Assembly: GCF_009914755.1 (NCBI RefSeq)
Contig: NC_060927.1
Direction: 5' to 3' (one strand)
DNA length: 64,000 bases
Source of the DNA: the human T2T-CHM13v2.0 reference genome, Homo sapiens
Under the pieces are notes generated by a model. It saw only the letters and a list, made by a program, of their open reading frames with translations. It made no database searches and had not been told where the DNA came from. Below are positions 41,264-55,590 of the stretch, piece by piece. Position 1 is the stretch's first letter. The number at the start of each line of letters is the position of its first letter. Position numbers and translations under genes: made by a program.

Positions 41264-43539
41264 CAAATAATGTAAACTTTTTTCTGTCTTAATATTTAAA
41301 TATACACATGGCTTGAATTTTAAGGTAGTATACTAGAAACACTGGCAAAAATAGCAAGTTGATACTTAACCTCTGTTTCACGTTTTTCACAGGCATTAAT
41401 AATCTCTATGCCTATCTCAGTAGCCTAGCAGAATGAGACACTCGGTGTTGATTCATATGCAAACACATTTCTTAAATTTGGTATTTGCTTTAAGGATGAC
41501 ACATTGCTTAAGGAATATCAAACCAACTCCAAGCATGAAGTCCGAATCATATATGAATTTAAAAGCATAAATCAAAATTATTACCAGGAAAGACCTCTGT
41601 AATTAGGAGATAAATTGTAGAGATAGTAGGAACAGGAGAATTAAGAGAGAGTAGAGAGCTTAGAATTTGGGAATACGATCTGTTTGAGATAGAATTTGAG
41701 CTATTTCCTGAAACATCAAGTTGCTTGACTGGTGTGGATCATTTAGTCAAGGTAAATGGTATGTAAAGAGCAGGTCTGACCAGAGCAAAGGTAAGGCAAT
41801 GATGGTTAACTCTGAAAGCAAGTTTGAGTAATGTAATTTGACCTAGTCCTAGACATGTTGAACATTTTTCAGGGATTTTTGATTTGGATAGCACAAATTA
41901 GATGTGGAAGTGACTTACATGAGGCTATTTCAGTATCACTAAGTCCACGTAAAGTGACACTGCTTATAGTTTGTCAGTAGGAATAAAAAGAAGAAAATAA
42001 AGGGAAGAGATTAGAATCAATAGGAGAAAGAACTGACACTGAATTCTACCTTAGCACACAAGTTGCCAAAGTTTTATGATGTTTATATTTTTCTAAACAT
42101 AGAAGGAAAATAAATTTAAATTCAATTATGAATGTATTATAAAATGACAAGGTATGCCATCACTAGAAAAATAAGTCAGAAATTTAGTTAAATAGGTCAG
42201 GCGTGGATGTGCTATTGAATATAAAATAGTCAATCTGAATCCAGAATTTCTCAAACTATAGAACTGGTACAGAGGAAGAGCAACAGGCAACACATATTTA
42301 AACTACTGATCTTTTCTCACATATTATTAAAAAAAATCAAATACAAATGCACATCTCTTATCTTCTCTGAATCTTGAATCACAGGAATCCCATTTGCTAT
42401 TGTCAAAAAGCAAACAAACAAACTTGGAGGTTTTAAACAATCTAGGGATTCAGAGATAGAGCGAGGGAAGCAAATATCAGGAGCAATTCAGACAAGAGCT
42501 GGCTTCCAAACAGAGAGGCCTCCTAGTTTTCCCTGACTCCAGAAGCCATCTCACTTCACATCCTACACTGCGAGCAATTCCAGCATGTATGGTTTCACTT
42601 GGATTAATCCTTCAACACTGAATCATGTTTAGGGGACTGTCAATTAGGCATTATATGTAATAGTTAAATTAATCATCTGCTTTAAAAAAAAGTATCTTGT
42701 AATTAAGTACCTTGGAGAAGAATTGATCCTTTAAACCATTAAAAAGGGTGGAGACGAATTTTATTGTATTACAGAATTTTTCTTGGTTCTTTAGTAGGCT
42801 TGAGCCCTGGAGGGAGAATAGGGAGAGGGCACTTTTATAATATGGAGGCTGCAGAAAAGGGAAGGGAATACAGTATAAACTCTATGATTTAGATCTTTGA
42901 GGACTACACTAATGGTTTCTCCTGGTGAATACCTAAAATATTTTTTACATCATCCATTGCATCATTAAGTAGTACCTAGTATTTTCTTTTGATTTACTAT
43001 GTAAAATTATTTTTAAACATTTGTCTCATCATTATTTCACTTTCTACAGAACTTCTAAATCAATATGATGACCTGATGGGATATGAATATTTAGTTTTTT
43101 CTTTCTTTAAGTATGTTCCTCTTATAGTTAGCCAATAGCTGAAGTGACATCAAATTAGTAGTAAATATTTAACTTTATTTACTAGGCTAATATTCTAATG
43201 ACTTCCTTTTATCAAACTGCTATAGGTGATTGGAAATGTGATACTTTTGTGGGCTCTAGAAAGATGAGGATCAGGATTGGGTCAATTCTGAACTTCCTTT
43301 CTGCCCTTTAAGTGCATAAAATGATTCTGAAAATAGAGAACACCCTCAGTATATGCAAACTTAATTGAACTAAATGTTTTTGCCTCTGCCCCTAATCATT
43401 AATATATTTTAATCGATTTACAAGCTCTTTTGAAATGCAGAAAAGTGTTTTAAGTATTAGGACTGTACTGTGTTTACTATCTTCTATCCAAGCTTCAAAT
43501 CAATGTCTAATAGAGGCTTTGCTATACTGATAGTTTTTT

Positions 43540-43845
43540 AGTGGTAAGCAGAAAGATGTCCATATCCCAATTCCTGGAAATTGTGAAGATATTTCCTTAC
43601 AGGGCAGAAGAGAATTAAGGTAGCAGATGAAATTAAGCTTATTAATCAGCTGAATCTATTATAGGGAAATTGTCCTGGATAACTAAGGTTAGTCCAGTGT
43701 GCTCACGAGGGTCCTTAAATGCAGAAGAGGAAAGCAGATGAGTGAGCAGCAGAGTGACGTGAGAAAGACTCTAATAGGTATTGTTGGATTTGAAGATGAT
43801 AAGTAGCCACTAGTACCTAGGAAGACTCTAGATGCTGGGGAAGGC

Positions 43846-43876
<31 letters not shown>

Positions 43877-44043
43877 ATTCTTCACCAGAGCATCCAGAAA
43901 AGAAAAACAGTCCTGCTGACACCTTGATTTTGGCCTGTCGAGAGTTATTTTAGAATTATGACCTACGTGACTTAAATATACTTGTGGTTTTAAGTCACTA
44001 AATCTGTGATGATTTTATACTACTGAAATAGAAAACGAATATC
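43540..44043 (+). mobile_element. MLT1D-like MaLR LTR
   Basis: AAAGATGTCCATATCCCAATTCCTGGAA...AATCAGCTGA...GGTCCTTAAA...CCTGCTGACACCTTGATTTT...AATAGAAAACGAATA. Confidence 0.85.
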
Positions 44044-45164
44044 CGACCATTTCTATGTAGAGAGCATAGTTGTCGCTGTCTAGCCTAAATTTGTTAATGT
44101 CTTTCCTAGTTTCTCTCTGGTTTATTAGTTTCATGGTTCTAGAAGAAACTGTTCCATTTCTTAGCTAACATCATGAAAGTCAAGACCTTCTGAGTATATT
44201 GTTAGATTCAATTCTCAGACAAAGCCTGAAAATCTCTGTAACGCTGTTTTAAAGAATGGGTGAATATATGTTACTTCCTGTTGCTTTCTCCAAGGTAGGA
44301 AATCTTAATCATTTCTTTTATACCAATGCTTTCCTTTTGGGTGAGTTTCAAAAGAACTAAATGTATAGCACATTCAAGGTTCAGTCCTCAGCCTCCGGGG
44401 CTGTTGTTCCCTCATCAAACTGCCAATCCATCTATTGGCAGATTTATTAAGGCTATTTTAAAAATTAAGCCTCCTAGATTTCTTGTCTCCAAATAGAATT
44501 TGAATCTGATCCTGCAGGCACTCACCTGACCTCCCCTTGAACCTCTATCCAGGGCTTCTTATTCTCCCTGCGTTTGACTTCTTGGGTGACACATACTAAC
44601 GACTGCAGCTTTACCTCTGACACTGGCTTAGTCAGTTCTCTGCTTAGTTTGATGTTTGCAAATCATGATCCACTGCAGTGCTTGTCTGTGCTTTCCATAG
44701 TTTAATGTTAAGTCATCTTTTATACGATCTCTCCTAGAAAACAATTTGTAGGACTAATCCCCAAATGCCTTTTTTTTTAGTTCACTATTTTTCATAATTA
44801 AGAAACAGTTACAGAAGAATTATCCCGAGTCTTCAATTCTGATTCAAAAGAGAAACATTCCCTTTCAACAACAAATCTTCTGGGGATACAGTGGGAATCT
44901 AATTCGTATCCATTTAGAAATACTAGGATGTTCACACACATGAATTGGGACACATTTTTTATAAGTCCAAAAAGACACATTATTGTAGAGCCTATGTCAG
45001 ATTTTCCACAACACTCTGCAGATGTCCCTCCTCTAAATGTGCCTGTAACTAATGCACCACTGACAATTAGGACACCATTTTTTAGCATGAGCTACTGAGT
45101 TCATGAGAAGAAAGGGAAGTGTGGTACATTTTCCTCTCAAAGTTTATGTTAAAGTAATGAAAAT

Positions 45165-45510
45165 GTGGTAGGCACTGCTAGTGCCCTATGTAAGAATCAT
45201 GATCCACTCCTTTCTTGGTGACAGAGGTTGTCTGCAATAACAAAGATAGGAATTTTCAACTACTTTCTTTTCTGCTGTTATTTTGGCAGCAAAGTTATGA
45301 GCATGATGTCAATCCTAACCAATGGGATTTTAGGAAAGGTGTGTTGGACACTTCTCAGAAATGTATTTTTTTTATGTAATAAAATAGATTGAGGAGATTT
45401 ACTCCCTGCCATTTCTTACATGAATGTTGACATGCTAGGATGTGACGACGAGCTGTGGCAAAAATCTTTGACCATCAAAAAAGTTACGAGACCAGAGAGG
45501 CAGTCACTCA
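45165..45510 (+). mobile_element. Old MLT1 (H/I/J-like) LTR fragment
   Basis: TGTGGTAGGCAC start; CCAATGGGAT...ACTTCT; GAGCTGTGGCA...ATCTTTGACCAT. Confidence 0.5.
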
Positions 45511-46940
45511 CACCCTTGATTTCCTCTTCTCTCGATCCCATTCCTTTTACCAATATGAGGATTTTCTTCAAGAGGTTTTTTTTTGTTTGTTTGTTTTTGG
45601 TCTATATTTGTATGCATTTATTGCACATGCACAAATAATTTTTAATGCACTGAGATTAAATAAATATCTGCCTTTCCCTGGATCTATGCCTGGATCTTCC
45701 CATTAACAATACATCTTGGAGATCTATCATAACAAACACAAAAAACACCTTTTAAACCGCTACATAATATCTCTAAATAATTTGTACAGGTTTATAGATG
45801 CAGCAAAATAGGTGAGAATTTAATTTTTCTGAGGATTGCTCTGAAATGCTCTTCACATTTCAGACTATATATATACATATATATATCCCATATATCCCAG
45901 ATATCTTTCCAAATTTATTAGTTTATATATACACACAAATACACACCTATATACACAGCCAAAGACACAAATGCATACACACATGATCACATATACATGC
46001 AAATAGTGATCTAGCTGATTCCAAGTCCTATTTGTGTATTTGTTCATTCCAGTGTATCATGCACTGTAGCCTTATGAAATGTTTCTGGAAGAGCAAATTA
46101 TATTCCATCTCTCTCTGTCAATAGATTGATAATTTCTGCATTTCTTCAAGAAAATAAATTAGAAAATAGCTTGTAACATTTCATTTAAAATTTCTATTGG
46201 GATTTCAATTTGGATCTGATCAAATTTATGTATTAATTTGATTGCACACAGATGTTTAGAAGAATTTTTCAAAGCATTTGTTGTAAAATAATAATAGCCT
46301 GCTAACTAATCAAGTACAGTAAAAGTTTATATCTATATTAGTGATATTCATGAAACAATATCAATAATCAACAAATTTGATATAATTTTTTTCTCAGTTG
46401 CTGCAAATAATGAATCTTTGATGCCATCTGAAGACACTTAAAATTCTATGATAAAACTGTAGACTAGTGGAAAAAGTATAGGACATAAGGTCAAAATACT
46501 TGCTCCAAAATTTGACTTTGCTCTTACCTCCTTTGAGATCTCAGATAACATTCTTAAAGTCTGTGTCACTTTTTTCTTCCAATGTGTAGTAAAGAAGACT
46601 ATTTCTAATTTTACAGGGTTGCTATGGGATCTAGTGAATCTATTTAAGCATTTTGGCATTTAAGTAAGCATTCAATAAACAAACCGGCATGTGTACCCTT
46701 TAACTTATACTCACAGTAAAAGAAACAATATTTTTTTTTTTAAGAGGAAAACCTAGACATTTGCCTTAGTGGTCTTCATTTATCTTTCCTTCTTTTTTCC
46801 TTTTTTTATTTTTTTTTTTGACTCAACACTTTTATTTCCAAAGATACAGGGAACCTGAGAGATTAAGTGATTTTGGAAAATGACAAATATAGTTAGTGGT
46901 ATAGCTGGAACTTGAACTCTAGCTTCTAGGGGAAGAACGT

Positions 46941-47286
46941 TGTCTTGGGTTAGATTCCTCCAAAAACAGATCCTGAGCGAAAGATTTGGGAACAAATCGT
47001 TTATTTGGAAGGGGAACTCACAAGGCATTATGAGGGCATGGGAACGTGCAGGAAGTTACCCTGTGGATATCTGGAGCTCAGTCTTGCTGGGGAATCTCTG
47101 AGAGACTGTGGATAACTGAAATGTCCCACTATGGGACAAAGATTCTGTGGAATTTCTCTATAAACTTTTACTCCCCATTGGCTATGGGCAGCTCTGTCGG
47201 GACTAATTCCACTTCCTGTCCATCTTCAAAATGGCTGAAATATTTCTGCACCAGAAATGCCCTCAGAGAGAAGCCATGGGTGGGTG
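46941..47286 (-). mobile_element. ERVL LTR (LTR16/LTR67B-like)
   Basis: TGTCTTGGGTTAGATTCCTCCAAAAACAGATCCTGAG...AGATTTG...GTTTATTTGG is the antisense 3' end of this LTR group. Confidence 0.65.
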
Positions 47287-47317
47287 TACATCAAGCTCGT
47301 CCAATCCACGACCTAGG

Positions 47318-47620
47318 AATTAACACAGGAACAGAAAACCAAACACTGCATGTTCTCACTCGTAAGTGGGAGGTGAACAATGAGAACACGAGGACATAGG
47401 GAGGGGAACATCACACACGGGGTCCTGTTGGGGGAGTGGGGAGAGGGGAGGGAGAGCATCAGGAGAAACAGCTAATGCATGTGGGGCTTAAAACCAGGTG
47501 ATGGGTTGACAGGTGCAGCAAACCACCATGGCACACGTAAGCTATGTAACAAACCTACATGTTCTGCACGTGTATCCTGAACTTAAAGTAAAAAATAAAA
47601 ATAAAAAAAACACAAAAAAA
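47318..47620 (+). mobile_element. L1PA10/11-like 3' end, 5'-truncated
   Basis: AACACAGGAACAGAAAACCAAACACTGCATGTTCTCACTC...GAACTTAAAGTAAAAATAAAA. Confidence 0.92.
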
Positions 47621-47741
47621 TACACAAACACTGATAGCTGATGAACTGAAAAAAATAATTGCAAAAATGTTTTAAGAAAGTTTACAGATTTGTGTTGGGC
47701 CACTTTCGAAGCCATCCTGGGTCGTCGATTGGACAAGCTTG
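47621..47741 (+). mobile_element. MER30 3' part (hAT-Charlie)
   Basis: GATAGCTGATGAACT...AATGTTTTAAGAAAGTTTAC...TTTGTGTTGGGCC...TTGGACAAGCTTG. Confidence 0.85.
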
Positions 47742-50700
47742 ATGTATCTTTCTTTTTATCTAAATATAGCCAATTTATTAATTCTACAAACTCTCACCAG
47801 AACCAAAACTACGAATAATAGCCCGACATTACATATGCTATATAATTTTAGGTAACATTATTACATGTGTGGCTGCTAGCCTTTGGATTTTGGATATGTA
47901 ACACTTTTGTGTCTGAAGAGTTAATACAGATTTAATGTATCTTTCCAATCATGAGAGAGAAGTAGCACAATGACCAATATTGTATAGTTCATTTTCCAAG
48001 AGATACCCTTCCTTTGAGGATGTTAAATGTTTAAGGCAATGAAAAAATACTTAACAAAAAAACAGTACAAGGAGATTTTAAAAAACAGTATCCTATTTGG
48101 TAGTGCTAATAAAAACCCCAGAGATTTTATTTAGTTGTAAATGTTGGGCATATTATTATTGATACTATCACAAAAATGAATGCCCCAAATATTGGGTTGT
48201 GTCAGCTGTGCTTACTTAGTCACTTGCCTCTCAGCTACTCAAATGTTTACTGTTGGTTACCTGCAACCGAAAAGGTACATGGCAGACCCTGGCACATCAA
48301 CAATAGCAAGGCCACCCATGGTATTACTAAATGTTTATTTGATAGCTTTCTAGGATCTGTCTTTTCAAACTGGTGACATTTATATGATTGTTTTCTATAT
48401 TTTCCTACTGCTGTTTGGTTACAATGTTGCATTGTTTTAGAAATTGTTATTCCTAGTGCTAAAAAATCTTGCATCTCTTAAATGCCTAAACCTTATTAAT
48501 AATGATTCCTTTTAGAGTTGTATGTAAATGTCATGTTAAATTTTATTTTTTGTAATCACTTTAATCAGAAACAAGGGAATTAGCCAGCTGTTTGGAACTC
48601 ATGTTAAGATATAATTAAACATCTGATTGAATTTCCGTGCATAGCAAATAGCAGAGGCTAGAGTTTGTACAGAAAATAGACCACACTCAGCAGAAAAAAA
48701 TAAGGTCCTACAAGATGACAATTGTGAGGGTGATACTGAGGGGTTTGTTCCAATATTTTGTATCTGTCATAACTTCCCCCAAAAAGAAAATCCCATAGGT
48801 TCCCAAATAACTTAGCATAACTTGTAAATCATGGCAAACAAATTCCTTATCAATTGAAACATTACTTTAAGCCTGTCAATATATTCATGCAATCTGTTCA
48901 AAGGAGAAGTGCACATTTAATACATTTTACAAGCTGGAATTATCAGATATTTTGTTATGGGATACTCCTTAATACTTCCTGCCCTTTAGGGTAGATAAAA
49001 AGGAACATGCACATAAACGTTATTTGAAAATAAGTTTAAGTTACACAAATGCAACATGGAAGCACACACATAAGTTGTTTTACAAAAGAAATGTGTGTTT
49101 TAAAAAAGACTTTTGGGTAAATAGGCTATATCCAGAATAATTATGAAATGACTTATATAACTTTAGATCTTTTGCTATACAAATATGCCTCGATATTATT
49201 TTCATTTTCAATTATATATATTGAAACATGCATATGAAGAAATGAAAAATTAAAACTTCATTTTAATATTATAGTACTAGTATTAAGTCTTTGCTTAAGT
49301 GACATTATACTCTGAAAAGTCAAGGGTGTTTATTCAAATCTCTTGCAGTTTAGAAAAACAATTAAAAACTTTCAATCTTTGAACTTTATATTAGAATTTG
49401 TGTAGAGTATCACACTGTTAATCGTTTTCATCCAACATTACAGAGTGGACAATTTTTCATGCTTAAGAAGAAGATAAAAATCCTCCATAACACATATGCC
49501 CAATCATGCAGTGAAATTTTATTTCCTGGACTTCTTCAGCATAAAAATTGTCTATTAATCATTATGTTGATTTTATGACGTAGACTATTGCCCAGAGGAA
49601 TTCTGCAGTGATCCAAAGATTAATTTTATATGTGACCCCAAGTTGGACTTGAATCTAGACTTTGAAAATTATAATAATTCACTCACTAATATGATTATTT
49701 TTCATAATTCCTTGGAGGTTACAGTGATTCTGGTATATTGGTTAACATTGTTTGATAAGTTGCAGAAATGCTACATTTCAGGGCATTGAAATTTGGCACA
49801 TTATAACAAGAATTTTCAAAGTCTAATATTACACCATTAGAAAAGGTTATTGTAATAGAGCAGTTCAAAAAGTTCCTATCTTACATTTGCATCATATAAT
49901 ATCATGGAACCAAGAGTTCAACAGTACTCGGCAAAAAATATGATTTTGTTTTGAGCCCAGAATATAGAAGGACATTTATAGTCACCAATTATGAGTTCAA
50001 AAGGTTGTCCAAAGACTGTCTTGTAGGTTCAGTTGATAAAATCCCCTGTACACATTAAGTGAAATTATCTTTTAGTTTTATAGGTTACATTCAATCCAAA
50101 CTAATGGTGAATGTTTTGCAGGGTTTTGGCATTTTCTAACTCTCTGACTGTGTAATTATATCCAATCCTATTAATATGCTTTCAACATCCGCTCATAACC
50201 CAAGCTCCAACTCCACTCCCCATCACGAATCTCATGTTCTACCGATAATAATCTACTCTGTTTCATAAACAACACATGCATTTCAGACTTTCCTTCTGAT
50301 GATCTCTTTCCTGATATGCTTTTAACATCTGAGTTCTTCATTCCCAGTTCAACAAACTCCACTGTCCGATTTCACTTTTATCTGCTTTGAGAAATGTGAT
50401 CTGAAACTAGGTTTCTTCTTTAATCTGTTCCCACAACATTTTGAAGTTATTTCATTATCTTTTAAATTATACTTTTGTGTGCACCTCTATGCTCTCATTA
50501 GGTGGAGACTACTTAAGGCCACGAAGATTGTCATGTCTACGTAATATTTTTTACATCCTGTGTATAATCTTAGATTTTAAAAACATTTGAGCAAATACTA
50601 CCACAAGTATTCAACACATAATTATTGCATTTTGCAAAATAATGCACATGAAATTTCTACTACTTTTTTTAGACTTAATAGATGAGATGAAGTCTTATTT

Positions 50701-51440
50701 GAGTAAATTTCTATTAAGTAATGTTATTATTTTTAACCTCGATATCCTGGATGGAATGAAATTCTAAAAGTGTTAACTTCATACTGATTATAAAAACATA
50801 TAGGTAACCATATGCATATTGGTCTCATGTAAATCAAAGTTTACGTTTGGAAATTGTACTAAATCTAAAAATGCATCAGCAACACCAGTTACAGAAAACA
50901 ATCACGTTAATCCACACTCATTCACCCACACTTCAACATCTGGTTCATAGGATTATTGAATTTTTCTTATAATTTAAGTGACGTGACAGGCCAATTCATG
51001 CCACTGATTTGACGTTGTTTCTGCTACTGACTTTTATTGAAATTACCCACAACAGTCAGTGTTTTGACACTGTATTAACATGCCCCCCACCCAGCGATGT
51101 GTTTGGCACAGCACAGGGACAGAAATTCAGAGGGATTTTAGAGAAGGGAATGAGGCTAGAAGCACAGTCTATCACAATTCCAAGAGAGAGACAGTATTTC
51201 TTTAAGGAAAGAAATATGGTTGCAGTTGCATATATGCATATAAAATATTCCTCCCTTCTTAAGGTAACTTGTCAAATTTTAAAAGTAAAGTTGAAAACCC
51301 CACCATAATATTTTGTTAAAATCTGTCAACTTTCTGTGGCCCTACCCAAAATTTTAGTTGTGCTTTCTACAGCTGAATTGTATCTTTATATGTGACATCT
51401 ATAAGATAGTTATAAGATATAGGCCATCAACTTAAATATT

Positions 51441-51566
51441 ACACACACATATGTGTGTGTGTGTCTATATATGTGTGTGTATATGTATATACATATATGT
51501 GTATATATATGTGTGTGTGTGTGTGTATATATATATATGGAGAGAGAGAGAGAAACAGAGAGAGAG
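51441..51566. repeat. Compound (CA)/(TG)/(TA)/(GA) microsatellite
   Basis: Direct reading; starts with the 20-bp palindrome ACACACACATATGTGTGTGT. Confidence 0.9.
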
Positions 51567-52339
51567 GTAATATAGTAGTTCAAAATGTTCCTTACATTTG
51601 CATCATGTAAGATCATTATATATATAGTAAATATATATAGTGTATATAATTTAACCAAAACGATGATTTTCAGTGGTTGGATTTATAAATTACATTTTAC
51701 TCTAATAGAATTACTAGGGACATTAATCAACTAGGTCATCAACTCTGATTTTACAGGCTTTGCTCTTTAGTTAAATTAGATCATCCACTGGTGAGGAATA
51801 ATATTTTTTCACAGCCATTGGGGCAAACCTGAAAATATAATGATCTTTCACCTCCAAAGGACTGTCAGTAGCTATTAACAGGATTTATTATTAAAATGTC
51901 TAAAATCACAGACTCTAATTTTCTGCTTCAGTGTGTGAATCTGTACCATTATATTTGCTAAGAAAATCTACATAATTTCCAAGTTTAAAGTACACATGAA
52001 CTTCAAGTGTTTATTCTCTATTATGGCAAATGTACAATCACATTTTTTGTAATATGTTTTTCCAGGTTATAAAATTATGGCAAGAAAAAGTATAATTGTC
52101 ACTTTCTAAATAAAGTTATTTTTTCAGAAATGCATTAGAAAAACTGACATATTTTATTTTTAAGCTAACTTTAGCTAATTAGCCTTAAAGAAACTCAAGC
52201 TTCAGCTACATCTTCAATTCATAATATATATTCAAAGGTTTGTAGCAGATTCACATTTTAAAAATAAATAACAGTAGTAATAGAAATGCATGATTTTGAT
52301 TTAAAATTAAAATACCTTCCTAGCAATTAAATGGAATGT

Positions 52340-52490
52340 CTCATTTAATCCTCAGGAAACTGGTATTATTTGCATTTAATGAATGTGATAACTGAGACTT
52401 AAAGTGATTGAGTCTGTAATCACTCAGCTAGTAAGCGGTTGAGCCAAGAGTTACAGGTTGATCTACTGAATTCCATAACTCGGTTCCTTT
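52340..52490 (-). mobile_element. MIR
   Basis: TCTCATTTAATCCTCA...AACTGAGACTT...TCACTCAGCTAGTAAG...GAGCCAAGA. Confidence 0.7.
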
Positions 52491-55400
52491 CCTACTTCTT
52501 TATTTTTTAGTTGTCAGGAAGGTGTGTGATTTGCTCTTTAAGGTAGTAATATCTGCCACATTATTAGCATAAATTTCCCTTTAATATAGCAATTCATTTT
52601 AATTAACAAAATTTCTTTAAACATAATGGAATTTCACAAGAATATCACATTTTATTATAAAATATAACACTTCATAATGATTGTATATGACAAGGACATA
52701 AAATGGGATTTCAAAGTTTTTAATATTATTTGATTAAAATATGTGCATTTATCTCATACAGTGAACTGAATAATGTCTGACTTTCTTGGAAAAGCATTTG
52801 TTCATCACACATGCAAGAGGGAGAGAAGCTATTCATTAGCTGTCATCCTCCCAAGTAATTATGAACTACAGAACACGCTTGGAATCACTTTGGGTAATAT
52901 TTTTGGAAGGGAAAAATAGACAAATGTGTTTGTAATAGCTAAGCAATTGTAAAGGGTAAGATTCCAGATTCGCTTTTTTCAAAGCTCTCGGTTTGGTCTT
53001 AGAAACTGACATTTTTCTTGTTCTGCATAATCTATGGCATTAAACCAGACATACTCTTCCTTTCAAGTTGATTTGTGTTCCCTTGCACAGGGGTATGAAA
53101 TTACTATGGGGTACCTCCAGCCCTTGGTTGCCTGGGAGAATAAAATTGGTAAAGAGATAGTGCATCACTAGAGAGCCCAGTGGAAAGAAAGCACAGTGCA
53201 AAATCACTGATTATACCTGTTAAACGGATCATCCGAGCAGCATATAAAATTTTCTCATATTTTTAACATGTCACTAAATTGATTTACGATTAATGCTGGG
53301 TGAATAGTTCAGAATAATAAATCTGAACTTAATCCATACAAAAGCATACATACATTTTTTTCCTCCAACAGAGGCAAGCCCTTTTTATTAGCTGTATTCA
53401 GATCTCACTTGTGAAATCCTTCACTCTAAACAACTTACAATTCAAAGAGAGAATTCATCTAGCTCTTACTATATTCATTGGCAGGCCCCATGAGATTTTC
53501 TAAATGCATTTGTAGAAATACTCTGAAATGCAAGGTACTTATGTGTATGCAAATGTGTGGTATTCTATACAGTTTCATCACCTAGTTCCTCTGTACATTT
53601 CTTGTGTTTCCTTTTAAGCTTAATGAAAGCAGAAATAAGCAAAAATGTTTAGACTAAACAAAAAATGAGGAATGATTTCAGAAAGCATGGTAATTTCACA
53701 CCATAAAAGTGACACCCTGGGGTACAGGCTGCATTGAAGGATTTTTAATACAGTACAATACAGTATTCAACTGAGTTTTCATTAGGCTTATCCAACAGAA
53801 GACTGAAAAAAGAAAACAAAGATTTTTCATATTTAATATAAAGCCTTTTTTCTTTAGCCCACTTAAAGGCTATTTTTAAGTCAAGAGCATATAAAGAGAT
53901 GTTTTCATTATTAGATTATCTTTCAGGGCCGCTAATCTACATTAATATATATATTTTCTAGGATAAATATTTTATATCTCACATTATGGTTTTAATTTTT
54001 ATAATAACATTTTTTCTTTTTATGTTTCTAATCATTAATTTCCATGAAATCTGAATATTTACACTTAAAATTTAATATATCAGCCACAGTTTCTGATTAC
54101 TGAAATTTAGATAACTTTTAAACTTTCATGTATATTAAATTGTCTTCAAAACTGATTTGAAACTAACTAGATAAAGTGTTTTCAAATAACAATATATTCT
54201 AACTTTGAATGACATTGCAGATATTAATACCAGAATAGTGGCGGGCATATTCACAAAATGATTGTACCTGTGCTGGAAAATTTTTGTAATATTATCGATT
54301 GTTTATATTGGGTAGAAATGATAGGATATAGGTTTATAAAAATTTTTGTATATATATTTTTCTGATTAAAAGTCTTCCTAATGAACATTTTCAAGTTTGC
54401 TGAAATTTAAACATTAAAAAAGTCTTAGATATTGCAAATTGCATTTTCTTTATCAGAAGACATGCATCTACATAACCATCTGTATTAAGGTACAGAATGA
54501 ACATTAAGGTAGGAATCATGGCCTAATTTATTAGGCTTGGAAATTGTATTGTTATTTGACATGAACTTAAGGTTTCTTTTTTCTCTAAAAATGATAAAAT
54601 ATCCATCCAACTTAACTAACAGGTTTTTCTGAAACACAAAGGAAACTCAAGGAGATGAAATAATACATGTTCATTCATTTTCTAACCTCTAAAATGCTAT
54701 TTGATGATGATTTCTTAGAAATTGATATTTAATATTTTTTTACCTTACATAGATACTTAAATAGTATCCCTGTAAAAAATGGATAGAATTAAAAAAAGAA
54801 AAAAACAGTGTTACTCAATGAGCTGCGTATGATCAGAAGATTAAATAAACTGCAGAGTTCCAAGGAAATTGCATGTGGACACATCGTGAATTCACTGCTA
54901 CATCGATGAAGGCAATAGCAACTGAAAAAAAGTGATGGATGAGGAGAAAAGTATTCATCAAATAAAAGTCACGTCCTGAAAACCACATCCACATACTCTC
55001 CCAGTCTATAACCACCTTCTCAATCACTAAAGCAGACAGTGTGAGAATACCATTTTCCATTTACTTAGAAATGAATGGTTTGTATAGTATAGGCACTAAA
55101 TAGACAGTCCCTGCATTTCGACATGACCATTCTTGCTAACCTTGCCAGAAGGTGACACAGTGGCTTGAATCCCAACTCAGCCACTTACTGATTCTATGAT
55201 ATCTTCCTGCACAAATTTCTTCATCTGTGAAATGGAAGTTTTATCTTGGGAAATAACCCTAATGAGTTTTAAGTCCAATGCTTTGCAGTATTAAATATGT
55301 GATAATTATTTTTAAAAATATTTAGTAAATTCACAGATAAAGAGTGGAGAAATAGGCCTGCATTACAAAATTACAAGACTCGAGATGGTAGGTAGGTTTT

Positions 55401-55590
55401 TTCTTTATTTTAGTAGCAATTATACAGCTGATGCTGATATTAAAATGTGGAGTATCTCTTTACTTTTAGAAAAGATTGTAATTCATTAAATCAAAGCAGA
55501 GTCTGGTAATAAAGTCTAAATAATGTTTGCATGGGTGGCCCAGGAGGGTTTAGAGTTAAGCATAAGATAGAAACATCCTAGGATTGTATG

